From the NCBI GenBank assembly GCA_963768175.1, contig CAVYGQ010000002.1:80284-144283 (forward strand): a stretch of DNA of 64,000 nucleotides. Reading direction: 5' to 3'. Both the position numbers and the translations under genes were made by a program. A model generated the notes under the pieces. That model worked only from the letters and a program-made list of their open reading frames with translations, was not told where the DNA came from and made no database searches. Shown here in pieces: positions 30,398 to 38,171 of this stretch. Position 1 is the first letter of the stretch. The number at the start of each line of letters is the position of its first letter. The stretch comes from Candidatus Doudnabacteria bacterium (GTDB taxonomy: Bacteria > Patescibacteriota > Doudnabacteria > UBA920).

Positions 30398-31258
30398 TTA
30401 TCTAAAATATAAAATAATTGAATAAACTACCCCCGCGGCCGCGCAATAAACGGCAAAGGGGGTTAGTTTGTTTGTGTGGAAAAATTTAACCAAAAATTTT
30501 ACCGAAAAATAAGCGGCTACGGCGGCGGCGACTGCGCCGGCCAGGGACGGGCCGATTAAATAATAATTTTGGGGCTTAAAAAAATCCGGCAGGCTTAGCG
30601 CCGCGGCCGCGCCGATAATCGGCGTGGCTAACAAGAAGCTGAACCTGGCGGCGTCTTCGTTGGACAGGCCGACTAACAGGGATCCGGCCATAGTGGAACC
30701 GGAGCGCGAGAGGCCGGGGATTAGCGCCAATATTTGGCTAAGGCCCACCTTTATGGCCTGCCACCAGGAAAGTTTGGCAATCTTGTTGTAAGACTGTTGG
30801 CCGTTGTTGTTTTCCGGCGCTTTTTTCCTTAAGATTTCCGCGCCGTAAAGTATGACGCCGTTGACTATCAAAAAAAGCGCCGCGATTTTAGGGGAAGCAA
30901 ATAGGTTTTGCAAACTTTCTTTAAAAAGTAAGCCCAAGATTCCGGCAGGGATTGTACCCACCACCAACAGCCAGCCGACTTTGGCCCAGGCATCATCATT
31001 TTTAATTTGCCTTTGCGCCAAGGAGCGTCCCAGACCTTTTATAATATTCATCCAATCCTTCCAAAAAAACACAAACAGCACCAACGCGGTGGCCAAATGC
31101 GTAGCTACTAAGAAGGTCAAAAAGAAGGGGTCGTTTTGGTTGATGTTCCAGCCAACCAATTTGGGAAGGATAACGCTGTGCCCAAGGCTGGAAATAGGGA
31201 ATAGTTCGGAAATGCCTTGTACAAGACCGATAATTATTGCCTGCAGGTAAGTAATCAT
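30398..31258 (-). CDS. uppP: undecaprenyl-diphosphate phosphatase
   Basis: MITYLQAIIIGLVQGISELFPISSLGHSVI and GLSRSGSTMAG BacA motifs. Confidence 0.9.
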   Translation of the reverse strand: MITYLQAIIIGLVQGISELFPISSLGHSVILPKLVGWNINQNDPFFLTFLVATHLATALVLFVFFWKDWMNIIKGLGRSLAQRQIKNDDAWAKVGWLLVVGTIPAGILGLLFKESLQNLFASPKIAALFLIVNGVILYGAEILRKKAPENNNGQQSYNKIAKLSWWQAIKVGLSQILALIPGLSRSGSTMAGSLLVGLSNEDAARFSFLLATPIIGAAAALSLPDFFKPQNYYLIGPSLAGAVAAAVAAYFSVKFLVKFFHTNKLTPFAVYCAAAGVVYSIILYFR

Positions 31259-31326
31259 ACAGATATAATAGCAAAAAGTTGTAATTAAGGCGATTTTTTA
31301 CATCAGGTCATATATTTATAGCTTTG

Positions 31327-31425
31327 TTATGCTGTCATTGCGAGCCCCGAGTGCAGCCGAGGGGCGTGGCAATCTATTTTCTGATTTGGTAAGATTGCTT
31401 CGTCGGATGCACTCCTCGCAATGAC
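31327..31425. repeat. palindromic element of the GTCATTGCGAG...GAGTGCA family
   Basis: TGTCATTGCGAGCCCCGAGTGCAGCCGAGG ... CGTCGGATGCACTCCTCGCAATGACA inverted arms. Confidence 0.5.
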
Positions 31426-31650
31426 ATATAATTAACAACCCATAGTTCTACCGTGAGGAGCTTGAATAAGGGCTTGAAATTGGTTCTGATTTTTCCTAAA
31501 ATAATATCAGGACTTCCGCACTTGAAGACTGTCTTCTGGAAAAGGAAGATTAATGCTTAATTGAATAAAACAACATCATAAGTAATGGAATAAAGATGCG
31601 CCTGCATCCCAGAAGGCAGTCTTCAAGGAAGAGGCGCGCACTAAACATAT

Positions 31651-32613
31651 ATGATAAAAAAAGCCGTGCCATTTTTAATAATAGTTTTGCTGGTGGCGGC
31701 CTCAGATGCCGGCACGATATTTTGGTACCAAAAACAAAGTTTAAAACAGCGGCAAACCGAAGCCGCCGAAGTAACCGCTTTGCAAAAACAGATTTCCGGA
31801 TTGCAGAATCAATTAACTACGCTGGATAAACAAAACGCCGCGGCCGCACTGTCAGCCCAGGAAGAGGCTAACCGTCAGGTTGTCCAGCAAAAATCCCAGC
31901 AGGATTTGGTTACCGCCGCCGTGGCCAAGGCCGCGCCGGCCGTGGTTTCCATAATTATTTCCAAAGATGTGCCCCAATACCAGGTAGTCTACCAAAACCC
32001 TTTTGGCGATGACCCGTTTTTCCAAAACTTTGGCATCCAAGTTCCTGAATACGTGCCCACCGGACAAACCCAGTCCCAGGAAGTGGGCGCCGGCAGCGGT
32101 TATCTTATTGCCTCCGACGGCTACATTATTACCAACAAGCACGTGGTGGCCGATACCTCGGCCAGCTATACGGTACTGCTGCAGAACGGCAAACAGCAGA
32201 CCGCGAAGGTTGTTTATAAAGACCCGAATAATGATTTGGCCATAATAAAAATCAGCGGCAGCAATTATTCCGTAATTAATTTTGACAACTCCAATAATTT
32301 ACAGCTCGGGGATACCGTAATTGCCATTGGCAACGCCCTGGGGCAATATAACAATTCCGTTTCTTTGGGGGTGATATCTGGCCTCAACCGGACTATTCAG
32401 GCAACAAGCGAAGACGGTAGCGCGGAAACCTTGACCGGCGTAATCCAGACCGACGCGGCCATTAATCCGGGCAACAGCGGCGGGCCGCTCTTGGACTTAA
32501 ACGGCAATGCCGTAGGCATTAACGTGGCCACGGTGCAGGGGTCAAACAATATCAGCTTTTCCATTCCTTCCAATATGGTGAAAAGCATTATTAAGAGCGC
32601 GATAAACAGATAA
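31651..32613 (+). CDS. trypsin-like serine protease (S1C/DegP-like, without PDZ domain)
   Basis: Catalytic-triad context TNKHVV, D, GNSGGPLLD; N-terminal TM segment plus coiled coil. Confidence 0.8.
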   Translation: MIKKAVPFLIIVLLVAASDAGTIFWYQKQSLKQRQTEAAEVTALQKQISGLQNQLTTLDKQNAAAALSAQEEANRQVVQQKSQQDLVTAAVAKAAPAVVSIIISKDVPQYQVVYQNPFGDDPFFQNFGIQVPEYVPTGQTQSQEVGAGSGYLIASDGYIITNKHVVADTSASYTVLLQNGKQQTAKVVYKDPNNDLAIIKISGSNYSVINFDNSNNLQLGDTVIAIGNALGQYNNSVSLGVISGLNRTIQATSEDGSAETLTGVIQTDAAINPGNSGGPLLDLNGNAVGINVATVQGSNNISFSIPSNMVKSIIKSAINR

Positions 32614-32770
32614 AATAGGATTGATAAAAAACTAAATAATCAGTTACTTGCCCTAAGATTCATAATCATTTTGGCCGGTTGACTGTCTTATTTAACAATT
32701 TTTGTCTTAAGGTGTAAAATAGAGGCAAGTAAAAAAGAGATAAAGGTCGAAATAAAAACCATCAAAATAT

Positions 32771-33151
32771 ATGAATTATTCATGGCAAAAGGGGCTGCTT
32801 TATGGCCTTGGCATCTGGGTGGTCATGTTCGTGATTGTCTCGATATTCGTGGGTTTTAAAGTTTACGACAACCAGGTTAGCAAAGTCATTATCATAATCC
32901 TCAGCGGCGTGGTAACATACTTTTTTGTGCGTTATGCCAAACCGAAAGATTTAACGGTTGGATTATGGTATGGTTTAAGTTGGGTTGTCGTCGGCATGGC
33001 GCTGGATTTTTTAGTGACCATCAGGTTCAGCCCGAACATCTTTAAAAGCAAAAGCCTATGGGCCGGCTACGTGGTAGTATTTTTGGTAGCTTGGTTTGGT
33101 CAAAAGTTGCTTAAGTCACAGACCCCAGCACCGCCCGCCCAAAATCTATAA
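32771..33151 (+). CDS. hypothetical membrane protein
   Basis: 126 aa, four TM segments. Confidence 0.4.
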   Translation: MNYSWQKGLLYGLGIWVVMFVIVSIFVGFKVYDNQVSKVIIIILSGVVTYFFVRYAKPKDLTVGLWYGLSWVVVGMALDFLVTIRFSPNIFKSKSLWAGYVVVFLVAWFGQKLLKSQTPAPPAQNL

Positions 33152-33274
33152 TGGAATAAATAAAATTGTCCTAGCTGGTTCTCATTTGGCTTGGTTAGTA
33201 TTTTTGTATTTTAAGAACCTGTCAGAGTCCAGACAGGTTCAAATGTTTTAGGCGAGCACAAAAAAATCGCCTCT

Positions 33275-33294
33275 AGCCGAGGGTTGATAAAAAT
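33275..33294. repeat. left copy of a perfect 20-bp inverted repeat flanking the tRNA-Asn locus
   Basis: AGCCGAGGGTTGATAAAAAT; its exact reverse complement lies at 33677-33696. Confidence 0.9.
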
Positions 33295-33310
33295 TAATTA
33301 TTTATCCACA

Positions 33311-33341
33311 AAAAAAGCGCACCAATTTGATGCGCTTTTTT
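33311..33341 (-). terminator. rho-independent terminator immediately 3' of the tRNA-Asn gene
   Basis: AAAAAAGCGCA-loop-TGCGCTTTTTTT abutting the encoded CCA. Confidence 0.7.
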
Positions 33342-33628
33342 TGGCTCGGGAGGTGGGATTCGAACCCACGACCCATCGGTTACACTTATCCCGATATTTC
33401 TATCAGGGGTGGACTATATCTTTACCTTAGCCACAAGAGTAGCTTTAGATACCCCGGTATCTAGTCTCTACGGCGCTCCTCCGCATTTGCAGAGGTTCCC
33501 ACGGTATTAGCGTATTAATCAAATGATTAAATTAGCCTTCACCGTTATCCCGGAGAGTTCATCCCAAAGTTTCCTTTGGGAGCTGCGTTATTCCACAGCC
33601 GATTGCTCTACCGCTGAGCTACTCCCGA
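33342..33628 (-). tRNA. tRNA-Asn (anticodon GUU) interrupted by a group I intron
   Basis: The exons (33595-33628 + 33595 5' exon to 33628; 3' exon 33342-33382) give a perfect 76-nt cloverleaf: acceptor TCGGGAG/CTCCCGA, D-arm with G18G19, anticodon stem ATCGG/CCGAT, loop CUGU|UAA, T-loop TTCGAAT, discriminator G, CCA. Confidence 0.75.
33383..33594 (-). ncRNA. group I self-splicing intron (212 nt) in the tRNA-Asn anticodon loop, between nt 35 and 36
   Basis: 5' exon ends in U and pairs as GCUGU with the intron guide GCAGC (U.G at the splice site); P7 strands AGAGACUAGA and AAGAUAUAGUCC; P9 hairpin CCCUGAUA-GAAA-UAUCGGG; terminal G before the 3' exon. Confidence 0.75.
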
Positions 33629-33676
33629 ACAAAAATAGATATTTAATTATCTTTTGATATTTTAGCAGTTAATCCT

Positions 33677-33696
33677 ATTTTTATCAACCCTCGGCT
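33677..33696. repeat. right copy of the 20-bp inverted repeat
   Basis: ATTTTTATCAACCCTCGGCT. Confidence 0.9.
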
Positions 33697-33975
33697 GGGT
33701 TAGCAACAAAGATGGTCATTGTGCTGCATAATATTTAAAGGCCATTTTTGTGAAGTGATTATTTCCGGGAAAAGTGCTAAAATTAAGACAGTTTTATCCT
33801 TTAAGAGTCCTATGACGATAACAGAATTAAAAACGAAGTGGCAAAAAGAAAAAGCCTCTTATACCAAACAAGAGGTTGGCTCTGGCGTTCAAAAATTTGT
33901 TAAGGATATGACAGGTACCCCAAATTCTAGACACTTAGTCTGAGGTATAATAAGGCTAGAAAGGAATCTAACTTT

Positions 33976-34242
33976 ATGCCCAAAGGCAAATACAAAGTCA
34001 GTCCGGAAGTTAAAACTCAAATTCTAAAACGAATTAAGGAAGAAGGTGTCAGCGTCACCCAGGCGGCCGAGGAGCACGGCCTGTCCACCCAAACCATTTA
34101 CGGCTGGATAGCCAAAGGGGTTACAGCTCCGCCGTCCGTGCTTGAACTCTCCCGCCTGAAGCGGGAAAATCAAACCCTCCACGAGATTATCGGCCGGCTG
34201 ACAGTCAAACTGTCATTGGCGGAAAAAAAGGACATTGGTTGA
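33976..34242 (+). CDS. IS3-family transposase OrfA (HTH)
   Basis: 88 aa; helix-turn-helix VSVTQAAEEHGLSTQTIYGW and a leucine-zipper-like C-terminus. Confidence 0.8.
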   Translation: MPKGKYKVSPEVKTQILKRIKEEGVSVTQAAEEHGLSTQTIYGWIAKGVTAPPSVLELSRLKRENQTLHEIIGRLTVKLSLAEKKDIG

Positions 34243-35074
34243 AGACCTGTCCGCCGCTATGCACCTTGAAAATCCGACTAAGACCGAGTTGGCCAGGAGC
34301 TTGGGAGTCAGCAGAGCCAGTCTGTATTACGAACCTACCCTGCCGCAAAAAGACTGGCTCCTTAAAATCCGCATTGAACAAACCCTGCATGACCACCCCA
34401 GCTACGGCCACAAACGGCTGGCTCCGGCGCTACATGTTAACAAGAAAAGAATCCGGCGCACCATGAGGCTGTTTGGTATTAAGCCTTACCGCAGGACAGG
34501 CAGAAAGCTAAGAAAAGCAAGGGATTTGGGACAAATTTCCGCTCCTTACCAAAACTGGCTGATGCTGATTCCGTTTCCAGAAGAGCCGGGAATTGTCTGG
34601 GTCAGTGACTTTACCTACATATCATTCCACGGCCGGTTTGTTTACCTGGCGACGATAATAGATTTATTCACCAGGGAGGTTGTCGGCTGGTCAGTCTGGA
34701 CCGCGCATAGCAGCCAGCTAGTTCTACTGGCTTTAATTGACGCACTGGAAAAACATCCGGCGGCCAAATATCTCCATTCCGACCAGGGGCAAGAATACAA
34801 ATCCCGAACCTACTGTAGGCTGGCCGAACAGGCCGGTATTACAATTTCCATGAGCCACAAATCATCACCGTGGGAGAACGGCTACCAAGAATCCTTTTAT
34901 GGCAAGCTCAAGACTGACTTAGGTGATCCGGGGAGGTTTAAGACCTTGGGAGAGCTAACGGCCGAAATTTACCTCCTCATCTACAGCTACAACCACGACA
35001 GAATCCATACATCATTAAAAATGCCGCCGTCAGCATTTGCCGACCGGCAGCGGAATCAAGTATCATTAACTTAA
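34235..35074 (+). CDS. IS3-family transposase OrfB (DDE integrase core)
   Basis: rve-type core HSDQGQEYKS ... SPWENGYQESFYGKLK; -1 frame relative to orfA. Confidence 0.8.
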   Translation: MVEDLSAAMHLENPTKTELARSLGVSRASLYYEPTLPQKDWLLKIRIEQTLHDHPSYGHKRLAPALHVNKKRIRRTMRLFGIKPYRRTGRKLRKARDLGQISAPYQNWLMLIPFPEEPGIVWVSDFTYISFHGRFVYLATIIDLFTREVVGWSVWTAHSSQLVLLALIDALEKHPAAKYLHSDQGQEYKSRTYCRLAEQAGITISMSHKSSPWENGYQESFYGKLKTDLGDPGRFKTLGELTAEIYLLIYSYNHDRIHTSLKMPPSAFADRQRNQVSLT

Positions 35075-35124
35075 CCTTAAAAAACCGCAGAGAAGGTGCC
35101 TAAAGAAATGGGTACCTTACAAAC

Positions 35125-35334
35125 TTGCATATTAAGGGTGCATCTGCCCAAAATGTGGACGAGGATTTTAATCAAGCCGCAAAATTTTTAATGATGGCTA
35201 TTGATATGTTCAGAAATGAAAAAAGTCACACCTCAGATGCTAAAATAGATGACCCTATTCGTGCTTATCAATATTTAACCATAAGCAGTCTTGCGCTTTC
35301 TTTACTTGAAAATTCAGAGATTAACTCTAAATAG
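35125..35334 (+). CDS. hypothetical protein
   Basis: 69-aa ORF between the IS3 element and the first array repeat. Confidence 0.3.
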   Translation: MHIKGASAQNVDEDFNQAAKFLMMAIDMFRNEKSHTSDAKIDDPIRAYQYLTISSLALSLLENSEINSK

Positions 35335-35354
35335 TAATTGTAAAAAATAAACAA

Positions 35355-35518
35355 ACTAAATCCGCCCCTGTGTAAGGTCAGGAATGTAAATATACCCTTT
35401 ATTTTCCATAATCCTGATTTTGACTTGATAAACTAGGGTGAGCCAACAAAAATCACTCTTAAGTAAGGGTGATTTTTTGTAGGGAGCGTGGACGGTTAGA
35501 ACTGAAATGGTGTATAAT
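35355..35518 (+). repeat. array repeat R1
   Basis: CTAAATCCGCCCCTGTGTAAGGTCAGGAAT ... GAGCCAACAAAA, hairpin ATCACTCTT/AAGGGTGAT with a T run, then GTAGGGAGCGTGGACGGTTAGAAC ... GGTGTATAAT. Confidence 0.85.
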
Positions 35519-35571
35519 GCATATATAATCCTTGAAAAGTCACTACACTTAGTCAACCCAATTATAAAAAT

Positions 35572-35727
35572 ATGGTAAAAGGAAATTTTATTGGTGCGGC
35601 GATTGTTGCAATAATCTACACGGTCTATATTGCATGGCATCCCCTTCCATCCCGCTTACAAACAGCTTTAGTATTAGTGGTTCTCAATGCGTTAACCATT
35701 GTGTTGTTGTCTTTCGCATTCAAATAG
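35572..35727 (+). CDS. small membrane protein (51 aa), copy 1
   Basis: MVKGNFIGAAIVAIIYTVYIAWHPLPSRLQTALVLVVLNALTIVLLSFAFK; about 94% nt identity to 41476-41634. Confidence 0.45.
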   Translation: MVKGNFIGAAIVAIIYTVYIAWHPLPSRLQTALVLVVLNALTIVLLSFAFK

Positions 35728-35730
35728 GAT

Positions 35731-36173
35731 ATGAAAAAAATTCATCTAAAAGCTACCTGGATTATCAAAGCCCCTCGTGAAAAAATTTTTAGGATAATGA
35801 GTGATTTTGAAAATTTTCCCAGTTATTTTCCTGCCGTGGCTCAATCATTGCGCGTTATCAAAAGAAACGGCAATAATCTTACAATAGAAGCTAAAGTAAA
35901 AACATTTGGCCGTACTTTTCCAGTAAATATGGAAACCCAACTTCGTCCGCCGTTTGGGTATGTTTCAAACAATATAAGCGGTATTGGCTCTCGGGCCACG
36001 AAGAATTTTTAATGGAAGAAGTTCCGGAAGGTACAAGAATTAACTATGTTTATGAGGTTGATTTTAAAAATCCATTCCTCCGCGTTTTTGGCAAAATTTT
36101 AATAGGCTGGTATGCGATGCGTTTTTGGGAACATGCAGTTATAGATAAACTGAAAGAAATGTTAGAAAAATAA
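35731..36173 (+). pseudogene. frameshifted SRPBCC (polyketide cyclase/START-like) protein
   Basis: The N-terminal 93 aa (KAPREKIFRIMSDFENFPSYFP) stop at 36012; the C-terminal part (HEEFLMEEVPEGTRINYVYEV...) continues in another frame; total span is not a multiple of 3. Confidence 0.5.
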
Positions 36174-36184
36174 ATCCGTTTTTG

Positions 36185-36316
36185 TGAGGTTGGGTATGTT
36201 GATGTAGCCAGTCTGAGCCATAATTACAGTTCTAACATTGTTCACAGTGCCGAGCCAACAAAAAAACATCAGTATTTACTGGTGTTTTTTGTTACAGGAA
36301 GTGGGACGGTCGAACC
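36185..36316 (+). repeat. array repeat R2
   Basis: GTTCTAACATTGTTCACAGTGCCGAGCCAACAAAA, hairpin, GTTACAGGAAGTGGGACGGTCGAACC (degenerate box). Confidence 0.8.
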
Positions 36317-36378
36317 TAAATATTGGAATTACAGACTTACTTTGACAACTACGTTCTTTTAAGATAATATATGAATAT

Positions 36379-36702
36379 ATGTTCATATATCAACGTTGTG
36401 ATTGCAAAGAATGCAAAATAACCAAAGATTTCCCTGACAGCCGAGTAGAACCGGTAGCGGGCTTATTAAAGTTGGTTTCTGTGCCATCCCGGCTTAATAT
36501 TTTGTTGCTTTTAAAACAGTCGCCCCATTGCGTCTGCGATATTATGACCCATACTAGATTGTCCCAGACGCTTATTTCCCATCATTTATCGGATCTTATG
36601 AAGGCTGGCCTGATAGACAGTAAAAAAGACGGTAAGTTCATTGAATATAACTTAACCGCAAAAGGCAGAAAGGTTGTTGCTAATTTAGTTAAACTATTTT
36701 AA
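36379..36702 (+). CDS. ArsR/SmtB family metalloregulator
   Basis: LNILLLLKQSPHCVCDIMTHTRLSQTLISHHLSDLMKAGLI HTH with a CVCD metal site; Cys-rich N-terminal extension. Confidence 0.8.
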   Translation: MFIYQRCDCKECKITKDFPDSRVEPVAGLLKLVSVPSRLNILLLLKQSPHCVCDIMTHTRLSQTLISHHLSDLMKAGLIDSKKDGKFIEYNLTAKGRKVVANLVKLF

Positions 36703-36725
36703 GCAATTAGTTTGTTTAAAAATAT

Positions 36726-36971
36726 ATGAAAATTCAAGTTTTGGGTTCGGGCTGCCCGACCTGCAAAAAACTTTTTGAAATAACCAAAACTGCCGTAAAA
36801 GACATAGGTATAACCGACGAGGTGGAATACGTTACCGATATACAACAGATTTTAAATATGGGGCTAATGTCCAGCCCAGTTTTGGCAATTAACGGCAAAC
36901 CAGCACTGGTCGGCTTTGTGCCTGACGTAGAAGAAATCAAAAAGGCCATCCTAAAGACGGCTTTAAAATAA
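36726..36971 (+). CDS. thioredoxin-fold protein with a CPTC redox motif
   Basis: 81 aa; MKIQVLGSGCPTCKKLFE. Confidence 0.7.
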   Translation: MKIQVLGSGCPTCKKLFEITKTAVKDIGITDEVEYVTDIQQILNMGLMSSPVLAINGKPALVGFVPDVEEIKKAILKTALK

Positions 36972-36975
36972 CAAT

Positions 36976-37944
36976 ATGAACATTTTTGCACCTGTCCAGT
37001 GGCTGGCTGATTGGCTGACCTATTCAATGTTTAAACTTTTGCCTGACAGTATGGCTGGCAAGGCGATAGATTTTTTTATTTTTGACACGGCCAAGATATT
37101 TATCCTGCTGGCCGTTATTGTATTTGCGGTATCGGTAATCCGATCTTTCCTGCCACCTGAAAAAATAAGAACGATTTTATCCCATAAAAATAAATACGCA
37201 GGAAATGTTATCGCTTCCGTGCTGGGCATTATTACGCCTTTTTGTTCCTGTTCAGCCATTCCTTTATTTTTGGGTTTTGTGCAGGCAGGCGTGCCGTTGG
37301 GGACGACTTTTTCGTTTTTGGTGGCTTCCCCGATGATAAATGAGGTGGCTTTGGTGTTGCTGTTCGGGTTGTTTGGCTGGAGAATTGCCTTGATTTACAT
37401 TTTTAGCGGCCTTGTTATTGCCATCCTTTCGGGTATTGTTATCGGTAGCTTAAAATCTGAAAGTTTAGTTGAACCGTTCGTATTCCAAAATGCCATAAAC
37501 TCTAATGTTGTCCTGCCTGAAATGTCTTGGCGACAGCGGGTGGCTTACGCCAAAGACTACACGCTGGATATTTTGAAAAGGGTTTGGCCTTACATTATTA
37601 TCGGCATTGGCGTTGGAGCTGCAATACACGGCTATGTTCCCACGGACTTTTTAGTAAAATACGCTGGCGGCAACAAATGGTATGGCGTGCCTTTAGCGGT
37701 TTTAATTGGCATACCCCTTTACTCTAATGCCGCAGGAATAATTCTGCTGGTTAGCGTTCTAACTGAAAAAGGCGTCAGTATGGGAACGACTCTGGCGTTT
37801 ATGATGTCTGTAACAGCCCTGTCTTTGCCGGAGTTTATGATTTTGAAAAAAGTAATGAAGTTAAGGCTGATACTAATTTTTGCTGGCGTTGTCGGTTTAG
37901 GGATTATAATTACAGGTTATTTATTCAATATTTTGTTATCTTAA
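36976..37944 (+). CDS. ArsP-like permease (COG0701 family)
   Basis: TPFCSCS motif characteristic of organoarsenical permeases; 8-10 TM segments; co-directional with the ArsR and CPTC-protein genes. Confidence 0.65.
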   Translation: MNIFAPVQWLADWLTYSMFKLLPDSMAGKAIDFFIFDTAKIFILLAVIVFAVSVIRSFLPPEKIRTILSHKNKYAGNVIASVLGIITPFCSCSAIPLFLGFVQAGVPLGTTFSFLVASPMINEVALVLLFGLFGWRIALIYIFSGLVIAILSGIVIGSLKSESLVEPFVFQNAINSNVVLPEMSWRQRVAYAKDYTLDILKRVWPYIIIGIGVGAAIHGYVPTDFLVKYAGGNKWYGVPLAVLIGIPLYSNAAGIILLVSVLTEKGVSMGTTLAFMMSVTALSLPEFMILKKVMKLRLILIFAGVVGLGIIITGYLFNILLS

Positions 37945-38124
37945 GCTGGCTTCGGATGCGCAATAAATATCCAGCCATTCTCAACAAACCACGTTCTAAC
38001 CTCGACGCACAGGTCGGGGCAGGCAGCACCGCGGTGTTGAGCTAACAAAAATTACCCTTATTTAAGGGTAATTTTTGTATACCTATTTTGAAGAATATTT
38101 CCAAAGTTTAAAAAGGTGTATAAT
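37945..38124 (+). repeat. array repeat R3
   Basis: TTATGCGCAATAAATATCCAGCC ... GTTCTAACC ... GAGCTAACAAAA, hairpin TTACCCTTA/TAAGGGTAA, ... GGTGTATAAT. Confidence 0.8.
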
Positions 38125-38171
38125 TAAGGCGAATAAAGTGGACGATCGGAAATAAACATAAAACTAAATAT

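Larger units (their letters stand above)
33909..35121 (+). mobile_element. IS3-family insertion sequence (about 1.2 kb)
   Basis: Imperfect terminal inverted repeats TGACAGGTACCCCAAATTCTAGACAC / reverse complement TGTAAGGTACCCATTTCTTTAGGCAC; orfA and orfB overlap with an A7G slippery site; DDE transposase present. Confidence 0.75.

Noticed and set aside
33342-33628. tmRNA (ssrA)
   Set aside because: The tRNA-like ends at first suggested a tmRNA. However, the two ends assemble into a complete 76-nt tRNA-Asn cloverleaf, the insert carries group I P1/P7/P9 elements, and I found no tag-peptide reading frame or resume codon.
33719-33943. 74-aa ORF overlapping the IS3 left inverted repeat
   Set aside because: It spans the IS terminal inverted repeat and has no motifs; probably not a real gene.
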